Of a DNA stretch of 64,000 nt, positions 11,350 to 24,969 are shown one piece after another; the first letter of the stretch is position 1; every line of letters starts with the position of its first letter. The stretch spans positions 42,842,001-42,906,000 of the forward strand of contig NC_043006.1 in the NCBI RefSeq assembly GCF_006345805.1, in the 5' to 3' direction. This DNA is from Octopus sinensis. Taxonomy: Eukaryota. A program made the position numbers and the translations under genes. Below the pieces are notes generated by a model. It was given only the letters and a program-made list of their open reading frames with translations, was not told the origin of the DNA and did no database searches.

Positions 11350-12525
11350 ATTATTGTATTTTTTCATTTCCTTTTAAATTGAAGTTCCTAAGTTTAAATT
11401 AGTGTAAAGGAATTTAACCATTTTTAAGAAAAATCTCAAGGTTTTAAAGAAGGTATGTAATTCCTTTCTAAGAATGTTTGTATTTGCTTGAAGTTTCTGA
11501 GGATCATCCCAATAAAAACTGCTTTAAACAAATGAAATTTGATGAATAGAGAAGATAATATGTATTGGCTAACAATGTCACTGGTCTCTGCTGAGTCTTT
11601 CACTACCATGCTGACATTAGATGATTATTTAGTGCTTTCTTTATCCAGTATGCATTGTTGCAAAATAGAAGAGATTTCATGGCTTGTAATATTATCTCAA
11701 TTTCTGTGTATTTCATTGTGGTGATTGATTTGGCGAAGTTCAGAGCTGCAAAATAGTCCTTAGTGCTAAAATGGAAGAAGTGACATTAATTTTTGTTTAG
11801 GATCTTTTTGATTATAACAATATGTTTTACTCCAGAGAGGTAAAAACCAAGTGTGTTTTTATTCAGGATATAAATATGTCAATGATTTTCTTGCTAATGA
11901 TACATAGGTCACAGTTAGAAGGTTTTATCGGTTTGTGATATATTAGCATTTGTGTAGTAAGATATCAACTGTTTTAAATTTTCAAGTTAATAGCAATATT
12001 TTTAGCTGTTCTGTTTATGTTCCTTAAAGAAGCATATTTTGTTATCTTTTGTTTTCTTGTCAGTGCCAGAGACTGAGCTTTAAAAAAAAAAGATGATTGA
12101 AAGCCTGTTTGCCTTGTTCAATTATACAAACAATTTTGCACAGGTTTTGATGTAGTTTAATATCTGCTTCAGCAACATGCTACAATATGTTCCTTCACTT
12201 GTTGAATCTTATGTTTCTGTACATCATAAATACTTCATCTCTGAATGATTGAAGAAAATGATTGTGTGGTGGGCTTTGAATTGCCATGAGTCCATGGTTG
12301 TTTGCAAAATTTTCATCATGTTTGTTTACTTTAGAGTGATAAATTCTCTTAGTCTCTTGAGGAAACTTTTGTTATTTGGTAAGTTTCTTTGGTTAATATC
12401 TCTTGGTTCATAGAGATACATTCTTTGTGAAAATGTGTTTAGGGTACAGCTGCATCCTTTCTTTTTATCAATCAATATTAGGGAAGCACTCATGTCATAT
12501 ACGTACATACATACATGCATAAATA

Positions 12526-13090
12526 TTCGGTTGCCTGGAATGTTCGTGCCGATTTATGGTAGCTTACCTTTCGACTTATTTTATAACATGTTTGAGTTCA
12601 TGAAATAGGATTTGACTACACCTCCATTTAGAGCACAGTTTAAGCTATCTTTTCGTGGAAGAAGGTTTATGTTCCTAAAACCTGTGTTAATTTTGTAACC
12701 CTTTAAAATGGAAGATAAGAAAGTTCATTTTCGGCACTTGATGCTTTGGGAACCAGACAAAAATTGCTGCAGCTCGGCTGGGATGTGTTACCCTACCCTC
12801 CATATTCACCAGATATTGCTTTTTCAGATTTTCATTTATTCAGGTCTCTGCAGAATAGTCTTAATGGCAAAAATTTCAATTCCTTGGATGATGTAAGAAG
12901 ATACCTTGGTGAATTCTTTGCCATGAAACCACCTCAATTCTGGGAAGAGGGTATTTTCAAGTTAAAGGAAAGATGGAGACACATTGTGCAACAAAATGGT
13001 TCATATTTGGCTGATTAAAATGTAATGGCAAGTATTTATTAACCTTTTTCTTGCCTTTAAAAATCAGCACAGACTTTCCGGACAACCCAA
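12526..13090 (+). mobile_element. Internally deleted mariner transposon with both TIRs and TA target duplication
   Basis: ~30-bp imperfect TIRs; N-term MEDKKVHFRHLMLWE joined to C-term LGWDVLPYPPYSPDIAFSDFHLFRSLQNSL. Confidence 0.92.
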
Positions 13091-13184
13091 TACATACACA
13101 CATATGTAATACATAAATACATACACACACACATACATACTTACATAAATACATACATACATAAATACATACTTACATACACAC

Positions 13185-13445
13185 ACTTCCACTGTCCTGT
13201 TTTTGTTCTCAAATTTGACCCTCCATAAATCCCAAATTTTATTTTGGTACTTATGGGAGCAACTGTCATCGAAGACTCATATTGTCATTCAATGCTCGAA
13301 ATGAGGTGTAGCTAGACAGCAGACAACTGATAAAGGGTCGTTTACTTGTCCTGTTTTCCATTTGTTTCTCTCGTTGTTTGTGTATTGAATTTATTTGCTT
13401 TCGTATTTCATGTTGTTTACTGTTGGTGACATCCTGTACCCATAT
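13185..13445 (+). mobile_element. Short dispersed repeat, probably a PLE terminus
   Basis: Homologous to 37735-38055; ends ggtgacatcctgtaccc then TA-rich tract; degenerate hammerhead-like pieces. Confidence 0.6.
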
Positions 13446-13689
13446 ATGCATGTATGTATATATATACATATATATATTATTTGTATTATTGCATACATAC
13501 ATACATACATACATACATACATACATACATACATACATACATACATACCAGGCATGTGGCATCAGCAATTACTCAGGTTATAGGCAGTTGGTGACTTTTA
13601 TGTTGTAAAACATACAAATAAAATAAATGAAACACAGACGTGTAACTGAGTTGAAGACAGATTTACTTCTGCCTTTATAGCACATAAAG

Positions 13690-14610
13690 AAAAGGTTTGT
13701 TGCATATATTAATGATATAGTTACCAATTTGAAGAATGTTACAGTGCTGAAATAGGCGGATGACATTAAGCTATACCTCGAAATAAAAAGAACAGATCTT
13801 ATGCCCTATAGATCTTTCCTGTGATCAGACCTGGATACAATGCAGCAATGGATCTCTGGCTGGCAACTCAAGCTAGCTGTGGACAAGTTTGACACCATGC
13901 ATTTTGGGAGGAAAAATCCAGCCTATACATACTCCCTCAGCAACACCTATCTGAAGAAATCTTCTAGTGGACGTGATCTGGGCATTATTGTAAACAATGA
14001 TCTCCATTGGACAAACCACATCTCTAAGATTGCCAAGAAGGCTGAAGAGTGGGGTCTAGCATCACTCAGTAAGACTTTTGCTAGCTGCTCTCCAGCTATC
14101 TATTTAAAATGGTACGGCCACACTTGGAATTTAGATCACTAGTCTGGAATCCCTATCTTGCGCAGCAGATAAATCTCCTGGCAACAGTTCAGAAGAGTGC
14201 AACAAAATGAATACTCGACATCAGACATCTACTATACTGTGTACGTCATGCTTGTCTGGGCATGGATGCAGTGAAGCTCAGACATCTGGCATCTGACTTG
14301 GTTGGCACCCACAAGATTGTCCACTACCTTTCCAACCTTGGGCACCGTTTTGAATTCCAAATGACAAACACTCGTGAACATGCTTATAAAATCAAAAACC
14401 AACACAGCACCCATGACTTCTGGAAACATTTTTTTCATGCTCAGAATTACTGAAACATGGAACAAACTATCCACATCATTTGTTAGCTGTCGAGACACTA
14501 CATCCTTCAAAACTTCCATGCTTCCTGAAATCTGCCAGTAGTACAGCTGATGGTTTTTTTTGTTTTTAGTTGTAGTGCACCTGAGCACTGTATACAACAA
14601 TTTCCTTTAT
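13690..14610 (+). pseudogene. CR1/L2-like LINE reverse transcriptase C-terminal remnant and 3' end
   Basis: FVAYINDI...K*ADDIKLY...MQQWISGWQLKLAVDKF..MHFGRKN...RDLGIIV with stops and frameshifts. Confidence 0.85.
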
Positions 14611-15410
14611 CATCATCATCATCATCATCGTTTAACGTCCGCTTTCCATGCTAGCATGGGTTGGACGATTTGACTGAGGTCTGGTGAACCGGATGGCTGC
14701 ACCAGACTCCAATCTGATCTGGCAGAGTTTCTACAGCTGGATGCCCTTCCTAACGCCAACCACTTCGAGAGCACCACTATTTTCTTCCTTCTTTGTTAGT
14801 TTTCATCATGTAGTGTCCCACATTTTAAAATACTTGCAATTTGTATTTTTACTGCATATGTTTGATCCGCTTGATATATTTCCAAAATTAAATATTTTGA
14901 TATGCAAAATATACTTCACATTATTACATATACTACACATTAATGCCAAAAATATTGTGTATATTGATTATCTTCAAAATGATCACACCATCAACAAAAA
15001 GTTCAATACCAACTTGCTAAGCAGTTATGAGAGGCTATCAAAACCAAACACCCAGAAAAACTGATGAATGGAGTTTTGTTCCATTGGGACAATGCTTCAT
15101 CACTTTTACGTGCCACCAACATGAGGGCCAGTCAGGCGGTACTGGCAATGGCCAAATGCTCAAATGGTGCTTTTTATGTGCCACCTGCACAGGAGCCAGT
15201 CCAGCAGCACTGGAAACAACCTCGCTGGAATGTTTTTTCACGTGCCACCAGCACAAGTGCCAGTAAGGCGACAGAAGTAACGATCACACTCGAATAGTGT
15301 TCTTTACATGCCATCGGCACGGAGACCAGCTTGTTGCTCTGGCAACGATCACGCTAGTATGTTACTCTTAGCGCTCCACTAGCATTGATGCCAATCATCA
15401 AATTTGATTT
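14610..15410 (-). mobile_element. RTE 3' UTR/tail copy interrupted by a ~330-bp duplicated segment (14770-15103)
   Basis: Tail family sequence stops at ...ccacttcgagag and resumes at cttttacgtgccacc. Confidence 0.8.
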
Positions 15411-16184
15411 CAAATTATATATGACTCTCTGTGCAACATTTTATGGTTGTTAGTCAGTGTAATGTCACACACCCCACTTCTGTTCCCATTCAGTTGTACC
15501 CCTCACGGTGTTCAATATTTGGTGCAAGACTTGCTCTCTTTTCTATCTATTTCTCTGTCCGTCTCCTCTCCCCTCTTGTGCACAAAACCTTCCCCATCTA
15601 TTTCTATCTGCCTCTCTACCTATCTGCTGCCTTTCTCTCTTTACTACCTTCCATTTCTTCCTCTGTCCACCTCTGTCAACCACCTACTGTCTATCTTTAT
15701 TCCCTTTTTTTCTCCACACTCCCTCTTTTTTCCTACTTGCTCTTTCCCAACCCTCTCTATTTCACTCTGTCTTTCTTCACTTTTTGGTACCAAAAGACCA
15801 TCCAATTTTTTATAACTCATCTTTTATCTACTTGACCAGTACATAGATAAGACATGTATTTTGTTTCATCTCCTGCCTGACATTCACTTCAGACCTTCAG
15901 TTTACCTTTTCACTTTTCATTCTTTTCTTTCCTTCTATCTTTCTTCCTTTCAATCCCATCTTTCCTTTCTTCTCCTGAGCCTTCTCATTGTACCTTTGGA
16001 ACACAAGCACCACTATTTTCCTCCTTTTTTGTTAGTTTTCATCATGTAGTGTCCCACATTTTAAAATACTTGCAATTTGTATTTTTACTGCGTAGGTTTG
16101 ATCCGCTTGATATATTTCCAAAATTAAATATTTTGATATGCAAAATATACTTCACATTATTACATATACTACACATTAATGCCA

Positions 16185-16425
16185 AAAATATTGTGTTTAT
16201 TGATTATCTTCAAAATGATCACACCATCAACGAAAAGTTCAATACCAACTTGCTAAGCAGTTATGAAAGGCTATCAAAACCAAACACCCAGAAAAACTGA
16301 TGAATTGAGTCTTGTTCCATTGGAACAATGCTTCAGCACGCAAGTCCTTGGTTTCAATGGCTGCTGTGCATGATTGGCTTTGAACTGGTTGATCACCCTC
16401 CCTATGTTAGTAATTTGGTTCCATC
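16185..16425 (+). pseudogene. Mariner transposase catalytic-domain remnant (partly duplicated at ~14950-15103)
   Basis: IVFIDYLQNDHTIN...LFHWNNASARKSLVSMAAVHD..FELVDHPPY, resembling VLFHQDNAPAH / HPPYSPDLAPS. Confidence 0.8.
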
Positions 16426-16432
16426 TAGTTAG

Positions 16433-16494
16433 CATGTGTTTCCCAACATAGATAAACACTCAGCTGGGCGTTTATCTATGTTGGGAAACACATG
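16433..16494. repeat. 62-bp near-perfect palindrome
   Basis: catgtgtttcccaacatagataaac...gtttatctatgttgggaaacacatg centred on cagctg. Confidence 0.9.
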
Positions 16495-16754
16495 ATGCTT
16501 GCACCTATATCCATATCACTTTTGTGCGAGTGTGTGTGTGTGTGTGTGTTTGCGTTTGTCTCCATCTCACCACTTGACAACCGGTGTTGGTTTGTTTACA
16601 TCTGTGTAACTCTATAGCTAGGCAAAAAAAAGAGACCAATAGAATGAGTTCTAGGCTTACAAAAAAAAAAAAGGTTGATTCATTTGACTACAAACTTTTC
16701 AAGGTGGTGCTCCAGCATGACCACAGTCCACTAACTGAAAGCAGTAACAGTAGA

Positions 16755-16904
16755 ACATATATTGTTTTTTCTGTGTACTTTTCTGTAGAAGAGCGTAGGC
16801 TCAAAATGTAAAAAACATTTTCTATTCCTGAGCGCTATACTAATACATCTGTTTGTTTTGTACACCACCTGTCTTTGTCTTTTGCTTTTTTCGTAAACTT
16901 TCCC

Positions 16905-16910
<6 letters not shown>
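16755..16910 (+). mobile_element. PLE pLTR fragment with hammerhead-like motif
   Basis: ctgtagaagagcgtaggctcaaaatgtaaaa, same family as 34900-35102. Confidence 0.72.
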
Positions 16911-16953
<43 letters not shown>

Positions 16954-18118
16954 TTTATTATTAAAGCTGCAAACATCACCATATTGCTCTACATCCGGAA
17001 TTTGAGTGCTATTTTTTTCCCATCCTGTTCCACATATATGTGCATACTCTGGTGTGTGTGTGTGTGTGTGTGTGGTACATGCATGTGCATGAATATATAT
17101 GTACATATATATATTATATATATAATCACACACACACACATCAAAATATATATGTATTCATATGTGTAAATATATATATACATATATATTTATATACATA
17201 TATATTTATATATATATATATGTTTGAATTCATAATTATATCTATACATATGTATATATATAAGTCTATATATATATACATGTATATATATAATATATAT
17301 ATATATTTGTATATTGGCTAAACTGGCAAAATGACCATTCCTAAATATAACAATATATATATATATGTTTTATATATATACACATTCATTTATTTGTATA
17401 AGACGAATGACTGTAATTTTGTATCACACGATATCAGAGCAGCGTTATATTGTTACTAATCTGGATATCTGGATGTGGCACTAATAAATTGAAAAGATAT
17501 GCTAATGTTTTAGCACCATAAATTTACAGATATTTATTACTGTCATACAAGACATTACTTGATAAAAGGGTGAGTGCGTGCGGTGCATCTGTTATTCACT
17601 CACAAATACACCGAATAAATTGCAGTTCAAATCTTGTTTAGGGCAAACTTCACATTTCTATCCATCTCAGATTGATAGAATAATTGGTGTCATATGGAAC
17701 TGACCTCTCTTGTCTTCTTGTCTTCAGGTAAAAGTTAAGAACATCTCAAAATTGTTATTGTGTCTGTATCATATCAGGATATGTGTGTATGTGAGTGTGT
17801 TTGTGTGTGTTTGTGTGTGTGTGTTTGTGTGTGTGTGCATGCATGTGTGTACTAGGTGTGTCTGTGTGTATATCTGTTTGTGTGCGTTTGTGTTTCTCTG
17901 TGTGTGTATGTATGTGTTTGTTTGTGTTTCTGTGTGTGTTTGTGTGTGTGTGTGTGTGTGCATAGGTATGCCTGTGTGCATTTGTTAGCTCTTTACAAAT
18001 TGACATTTCTTAATAAACTATTTATATATGGACATATATATATATATTTACATGTAAAGACAGATATGTATATACACATGTAAGTGTATGCATATATATA
18101 TATGTATATATTTAAATA

Positions 18119-18164
<46 letters not shown>

Positions 18165-18702
18165 TATATGTATGTATACAGACACACACACACACACACA
18201 CACACATAAGCAGATAAAGCACCACGAACACATACTCCTATGCTTATTAATATATGTACACATATACGCACTCAATTTATAGAAATGTATAGATACAGGT
18301 GTGGTTGAGTGGTAACAAGCTTGCTTCCTGCCCACATGGTTACGAGTTCAGTCCCACTGCATAGTACCTTAGGTGCGTGTCTTCTACTATAGCCCTGAGC
18401 CAACCAAAGCCTTGTGATTGGATTTGGTGGATGGAGACTGAAAGAAGCCCATCCTTTATATGTGTCATCATCATTGTCAGTTATTGTCTGTTTTCCATGT
18501 TGGAATGGTTTGGATTGTTTGACAGGAAAATGGCAAGCAGCAGGGCCATGTTGAGCTCCAATGTCATCTTTGGCTGGATGCACTTGCCAATGACAACCAC
18601 TTTACAGAGTGTACTGGGTGCTATTTTGTGCTTCTGACATTACTGAAATTGCCATGTAACTTGCAAGACAGAAAGAACTGGGAAAAAGGAAAGACAGAAA
18701 GA

Positions 18703-18916
18703 AGGCGTTGAGCTGGCAGAAATGTTAGAAAGCTGGGCGAAATGCATGGCGGTATTTCATCTGTCTTTACATTCTGAGTTCAAATTCCGCCAAGGTCGAC
18801 TTTGCTTTTCATTCTTTCAGGGTCGATAAATTAAGTACCATTTGTGTACTGGGGCCAATCTAATCGACTTCCCTCTCCCCCAAAATTTCGGGCCTTGTGC
18901 CTAGAGTAGAAAAGAA
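18703..18916 (+). mobile_element. tRNA-derived SINE, family B
   Basis: gagctggcagaaatgttag (A-box-like), gagttcaaattcc (B box), central gtcgataaattaagtacca domain; many copies. Confidence 0.85.
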
Positions 18917-19479
18917 AGAAGTCCTCATTACGAACTGGAAGTATCTGGGAGTTGTGGAGAAGGGTGACTTTATGCTAAGTATTGAAAGGCAAAAGTAGAT
19001 AATGTACAAAGGAAATACATGGCTGAAGGTGATAAAAGTGATAAGAGGAAGGTACTGCTATGGAGGAGATACAAGGTTGAAGGAGATAAGAGGAAGGTAG
19101 TGATGGAGTGCTTGAGCAAACTGTCAAGGAACAAGAAGCTGAGCAGAAGAGCGGACATGGATGGTGTCTTGCTATGGAGGAGATACAAGGTTAATCAATA
19201 CAAGGTTAATCAATAAAATTTTATAATTCATAAATAATTATATCAGAGGGTACACAAAGTACCAGCTTGCTAGAAATAAGAGTCAAAATCCTCAAATAAG
19301 TTACCAAACTCACTAAAAAATCATATATATGTATAATATATATACTTTTATTAAATCGGCAGAATCTTAACAAAACTATAGCTTTAATGAAAGCATATTA
19401 CTCTACCTTAGGTACTCGAGTACTATTTTTTTCATCTTGTTTTGCATCTATGTTCTTATTCATGTGTATAAATACATCT

Positions 19480-20130
19480 ATAAAAGGTTTTCTCACAGGT
19501 TTTGTCAAATGAATTCATTGATAAAGCATTGGTCAACCTGAGACTATAGTAGAAGACATATATGTTTGTGTGTCTGTATTTGTCCGCCCAGCTTCACTTG
19601 ACAACCGATGTTGGTGTGTTTACATCCTCATAACTTAGAAGTTCAGCAAAAGAGACTGATAGAATAAATGCTAGGCTTACAAAAAATAAGTCCTGGGATC
19701 GATTTGTTCGACTAAAGGTGGTGCTCCAGCATGGCCACAGTCAAATGACTGAAACAAATAAAAGAATAAGTAGAAGGCACTTGCCCAAGGTACGATGCAG
19801 TGGGACTGAACCTAAAGCCAAATGTACTTGGGGAGCAAGTTTCTTACCACACAGCCACACCAGTGCCTATATATACATAACTATCTATATATGTGTATGT
19901 ATATGTAAGTGTGTATGTATACATATGTGTATGTATGTGTTTGAGTGTGTTTGTATGCAGTGGGCTTCGACACAGTTTCTATCAACAAAATTCACTGACA
20001 CAGCATTGGTTGGTGCAGGTCTATCATAGAAGTAAAAGACACTTGCTCAAGATACTGTGTAGTGGGACTGAACACTAAACCACATGGTTACAAAGTGAGC
20101 TTCTTAACCACACAGCCATACCTGCACCTT
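19480..20130. mobile_element. Scrambled cluster of SINE family A halves in both orientations
   Basis: Alternating head (minus) and 3' module (plus) fragments. Confidence 0.75.
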
Positions 20131-20307
20131 GTAGATGATCTGAATTTTGTTTTGTTATACAAGACACTTCAATCTGTTGAAGTACATTCAAGAGATAAGT
20201 AGATGCAGCACAGAGATTTATGAAAGTTAATGAAATGTAATGTATATAAGATAACAAAAGTGTGTCAATGTCGCATAAAATAGAAGAGATTCTTAATCAC
20301 AGACATA

Positions 20308-20470
20308 GGCAAAGGAGTGGCTGTGTGGTAAGTAGCTTGCTTACAAACTACATGGTTCCGGGTTCAGTCCCACTGCGTTGCACCTTGGGCAAGTGTCTAC
20401 TACTATAGCCTCAGGCCGACCAAAGCCTTGTGAGTGGATCTGGTAGACGGAAACTGAAAGAAGCTCGTCG

Positions 20471-20512
<42 letters not shown>

Positions 20513-20722
20513 TGTGTTTGTGTGTCTGTGTTTGTCCCCCCAATATTGCTTGACAACCGATGCTGGTGTGTTTACGTCCCCGTAACTTAGCGGTTCAGCA
20601 AAAGAGATTGATAGAATAAGTACTAGGCTTAGAAAGAATAAGTCCTGGGGTCGACTTGCTCGACTAAAGGTGGTGCTCCAGCATGGCCACAGTCGTATAA
20701 CTGAAACAAGTAAAATAATAAA
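20308..20722 (+). mobile_element. SINE family A, full length
   Basis: A/B boxes and homology to other copies. Confidence 0.9.
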
Positions 20723-20750
20723 AAGAGAGAGAGAGAGAGAGAGAGACGTA

Positions 20751-21580
20751 TGTGGTCTGATCAATAAGTATCTGGACTGTTGTAATAGTAGCAAAGCTAA
20801 AGCATGCAGAATAAAGCTGCTTTGCACACATTGACCTTGAACTCTGCTGGGCATGAACACTAAGTTTTAACTTTCTAGCTTACTTCTGCTGTTTACAGGA
20901 GTGCTTGGAAGGAAGGTGTGTAGCATGTGATCCTCACATTGATCATGACAGAGAAAGCTGAGCAGAGAATCTGCATCAAATTTTGCCAAATGTTTGCAAT
21001 ACCTGCATCAAATTTTGCCAAAATTTTGCAATACCTGCTCAGTGGCCTACGCAATGTTTTCAAAAAGGTTTCATCATTCTTAACACAATCCATGAGATCT
21101 TGTGCAACTGAAATCCAAGTGTCTTTTTGGTCAGCTGAGAGCAGGTTTGGCACAAACTTATTTCTTTATTGCCCACAAGGAGCTAAACATAGAGGGGACA
21201 GACAAGGACAGACAAAGGGATTAAGTCAATTACCTCGACCCCAGTGCATAACTGGTACTTAATTTATTGACCCCGGCAAGGATAAAAGGCAAAGTTGACC
21301 TCAGCAGAATTTGAACTCAGAACGTAACGGCAGATGAAATACCCTGCGTGCTAACATTTCTACCAGCTCACTGCCTTGGCACAAATTTGGCAGACATGCA
21401 TCTCACACCCAAATCTTCTGTGGTAATGGTCTGAACTGAACTGTAATTAATCTGCACATCCTCTGATAACACACGGTTGGTGATTCGATGATTTCCCCTC
21501 ACAGATGTATGCACATCTGTGATATTTTTCTCAGTTCTGCTGGTTGTGGGTCTCTCAGAACATGCATCAATATCAACATT
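20751..21580 (-). mobile_element. Mariner derivative (two-left-end family), truncated and interrupted by a SINE
   Basis: TIR ta-tgtggtctgatcaataagtatctggac; minus-strand peptide SERPTTSRTEKNI...SAKFVP. Confidence 0.85.
21160..21375 (-). mobile_element. SINE family B with ~13-bp target-site duplication
   Basis: Flanked by ttggcacaaactt and ttggcacaaattt inside the mariner sequence. Confidence 0.88.
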
Positions 21581-21930
21581 GGATGCCCTTCCTAATGCCA
21601 ACCACTCTGAGAGTGTAGTGGTTGCTTTTACGTGTCACTGGCATGAGGGCCAGTCAAGCGGTACTGGCAACGACTACGCTCAAATGGTGCTTTTTATGTT
21701 CCAACTACACAGGAGCCCGTCCAGCGGCACTGGCAACAACCTCGCTGGAATATTGTTTTTTACATGTCACCGGCACAAGTGCCAGTAAGGCAACACTGGT
21801 AACAATCACACTCGAATGGTGCTTTTTACATGACACCAGCACGGGAGCCAGTCAGCAGCCCTGGCAATGATCATGCTCGGATGGTGCTCTTAGTGCTCCA
21901 CTAGCACGGATGCCAGTCAAGCAGTGCTGT
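21580..21930 (-). mobile_element. RTE 3' UTR fragment with tandem hairpin units
   Basis: Homologous to 15104-15400 and 42440-42770. Confidence 0.8.
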
Positions 21931-22949
21931 CATCAAATCTGATGCCTGTATTTCGCTTATATTTTTGTGCATTTTACTACATAAAGGTCACCAACTGTTT
22001 ACCCCGAGTAATTACTGACGGCATATGCCTGATACATAGGTATATGTATGCATGTGTGTTTATGTGTACCTTATCATGATATGATGGCTGTAAATGAGGA
22101 ACACCCATTATACAAGTGATACTGTTTGTTTCTGTCTTCCAGGAACATCACAAAATGTCACATGATGAGATCAAACTTGATACCTTGTCAATGTGAAGCA
22201 AACTTCTTTAACGTTTGGCCATAGTGTGCTCATTGATAGATTGTAGTAGTATTATAGAAAAATCAGACTGAACTTAATGCCAAAAGTAAGACAATGGGAT
22301 ATAAATATACAAGCTATTCCAGTAATAAACAATAACTTTAACATAATATATTGGAAGTTAAGTGAACTGAACAGCTTAGATACAAAAATAACAAATAAAT
22401 ACATAAATACATAAACTCTTCAGAAAGCTTTTGTTGGCATTCCACATCCACCATTCAAAAGAGGATATCAAAAGTATGCATCCATTATGCACACAAAGTG
22501 GAAAGTTCTTTTATAAATAAGGAAATACTATAAAGAAACTATAGTGGACATAGATAAATTAATTAGAAGAAAACAAATGGGAAATTGGTTGGAGATTTGA
22601 TTAAGGAGAAAAAATAATAAATTTCTTCATTTCATGTTTAAGGAAGTGCTAACTTTTAAAAAAAAATGCAAAATAGAAGCTATAGTCATCGTCTTTTTCT
22701 TCTTGTTTTGTTATCTTTTTCCATGTTGGATGAGATTTCTCAATGCAGTGTTCTTCTGCCAGATGCCCATTCTACATTTGTACTTGCTTTCAAGTACAGT
22801 ATTGTATCTCACATCTTTGCCACTTGTACTACTAAGCTAATGGATTGTTGTATAAGTGGGACATCAAATGCATCATTATTGCAGCCAAGCATTTGTAATG
22901 TGAAGACATGAGAAGATACAGACAAACATGTATGCATGAGCATACGCAC

Positions 22950-23090
22950 AGGCATATACACACAGAGGCATACACACAGACATATACACACAGAGGCATA
23001 CACACAGACATATACACACAGAGGCATACACACAGACATATACACACAGAGGCATACACACAGACATATACACACAGAGGCATACACACA
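22950..23090. repeat. 28-bp minisatellite (catatacacacagaggcatacacacaga) x ~5
   Basis: Directly visible. Confidence 0.9.
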
Positions 23091-23307
23091 CACACAGACA
23101 CATACACACACATATGTATGTCTGCATGCATGTGATACGCTTCCATATTGGTTCTGACAAGGCATTTGTCAGCCAAAACCATATGAAAAGACACTTGCCC
23201 ATGGTGCCAAACACTGAAATTGAACCTTAAACCATGCAGTTATGGAGTGAATTTTGCAGCTACATGGCCATGCCTGTGGTTCATACATCAAGGAAAAAGA
23301 ATATATA

Positions 23308-23829
23308 CCGTAAATCCTTGAGTATAATCTGCACTTTTTTCCCAAAATTTAAAGGCCAAAATCCCTAGTGCGTACTATATACAAGGTTAAAAATGAAACA
23401 TATTATCTAAGCAATGTTTGAGTCTCTATTTGCTGTCTGGCAATGTTTATTCAGACGCATTTTGTGATGTCGGGCACGAAAATACCTTAAGCTAAGCCTG
23501 AAAGCAATGAAGTCATAAAAGAATCATCCATAACTTGCAGTAAGCAACATTTATTAAAATAAAAGTATTCAGAACACAGAATAACATTTCACAAAACCAA
23601 TTTGCAAACATATTTACATTCCCAAATAACAGTTAAGATCATCACCATTATTGTATTACGCATGCGTGGAAGTGTTTGTTCGACTAGGTGCTGCTGGCTT
23701 AATTACGCACGACTCAAGTTAGAGAAGGAGTGCGTATTATACACAAGGTTTAGATTTTTCAGAGGTACAGCCCCCTAAAAATCCCCTGCATATTATACTC
23801 AAGGGCGGACTATACTCAAAGATTTACGG
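23308..23829. mobile_element. pogo/Tc1-mariner-type MITE
   Basis: TIR ccgtaaatc(c/t)ttgagtata(a/g)tc(t/c)gc, TA duplication, subterminal gtgcgta.tata.acaagg repeats. Confidence 0.88.
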
Positions 23830-24298
23830 TACATATTGTTTATATCATCAGTAAATCATAAATCCAAGATAGAAACAAACTCTAAGCTACAGAGCAGTAG
23901 AGTATTAAGATAAAAATAGTTATGGCTGGTCTATGGGATTATCCCGGGTTTCATGTTCATAAAGTGCTTAGCTTTACAGCATCTCAACAGACCCTAATGG
24001 ACAGTGGCCTATAACCTCTCTTCATATATCTGTAATATGTAACAAAAGTAGTATTAGATTATAATATTTATCTGTGTATCATAATAATAAAAAGCAAGTT
24101 TACTGCTGTATTATTTTGGAGATATCTTTTATGGACATGCTGTGTTTAAAACCACAATATATATTGGAGGCAGACAAAAATAATCCTAGTAGTGGTTAGT
24201 GAGAATGTTAGATGCATTTCAGCCTCATTAGGCTTTGTCAGTAGCATGTACTCACAGCTGAGTAGGTGCTTAGCTTATATGAGTAAAAAGATGATAAT

Positions 24299-24604
24299 GC
24301 TGTTGTTGTTGTTGTTGTTAGTGGTGGTGGTGGTGGTGGTGGTGGTTGTGGTTGTGGTGGTTGTGGTTGTGGTGGTTGTGGTGGTGGTGGTGGCGGCGGT
24401 GGCAGAAATGGAGGGGAAGAAAGGAAGAAAGAATGAATGAAAGAAAGAAAAAGAGAAAGAGAGAGAGAGAAAGCGAGAGAAAGAGAAAGAGAGAGAGAAA
24501 GAGAGAAAGAAAGAGAGAGAGAGAAGGGAGAAATAGAGAGAGAAAGAGAGAGAGAGAGAGAGAAAGAAAGAAAGAAAGAAAGAAAGAGAGAAAGACAGAA
24601 AGAC

Positions 24605-24647
<43 letters not shown>

Positions 24648-24675
24648 AGGAGAGAAAGAACGAAAGAAAAGAGGG
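24299..24675. repeat. (GTT/GTG)n then (GA)/(GAAA)n purine tract
   Basis: Directly visible. Confidence 0.95.
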
Positions 24676-24969
24676 AAAGCCTTTTTTGTTATTTATTTTT
24701 ATGTTGCAGAAATCAATGTAAGAACAAAAAAAGTAAAACAACAGGATGAGAAATTGATATCTGCAATGGACTGTGCTGTCAAATTCATGAAAGAATGGAC
24801 AAAACCAAATCCAAGCAGTTCCTGATTAGCATGGTTTGGGATTTATTCTGAGGAACATGGCAAGGTGAGGAGGAGATGGGGGCCTCTGTTAGGGAATGTG
24901 AAGATGTTTTTTTTTAAAAGGAAGAAGAGTTGATTTGGTAGCGTAGAGTACATTCATGTACTTTTAAGA

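Noticed and set aside
11380-12470. Possible decayed minus-strand coding sequence
   Set aside because: No recognisable motif; needs a translated search
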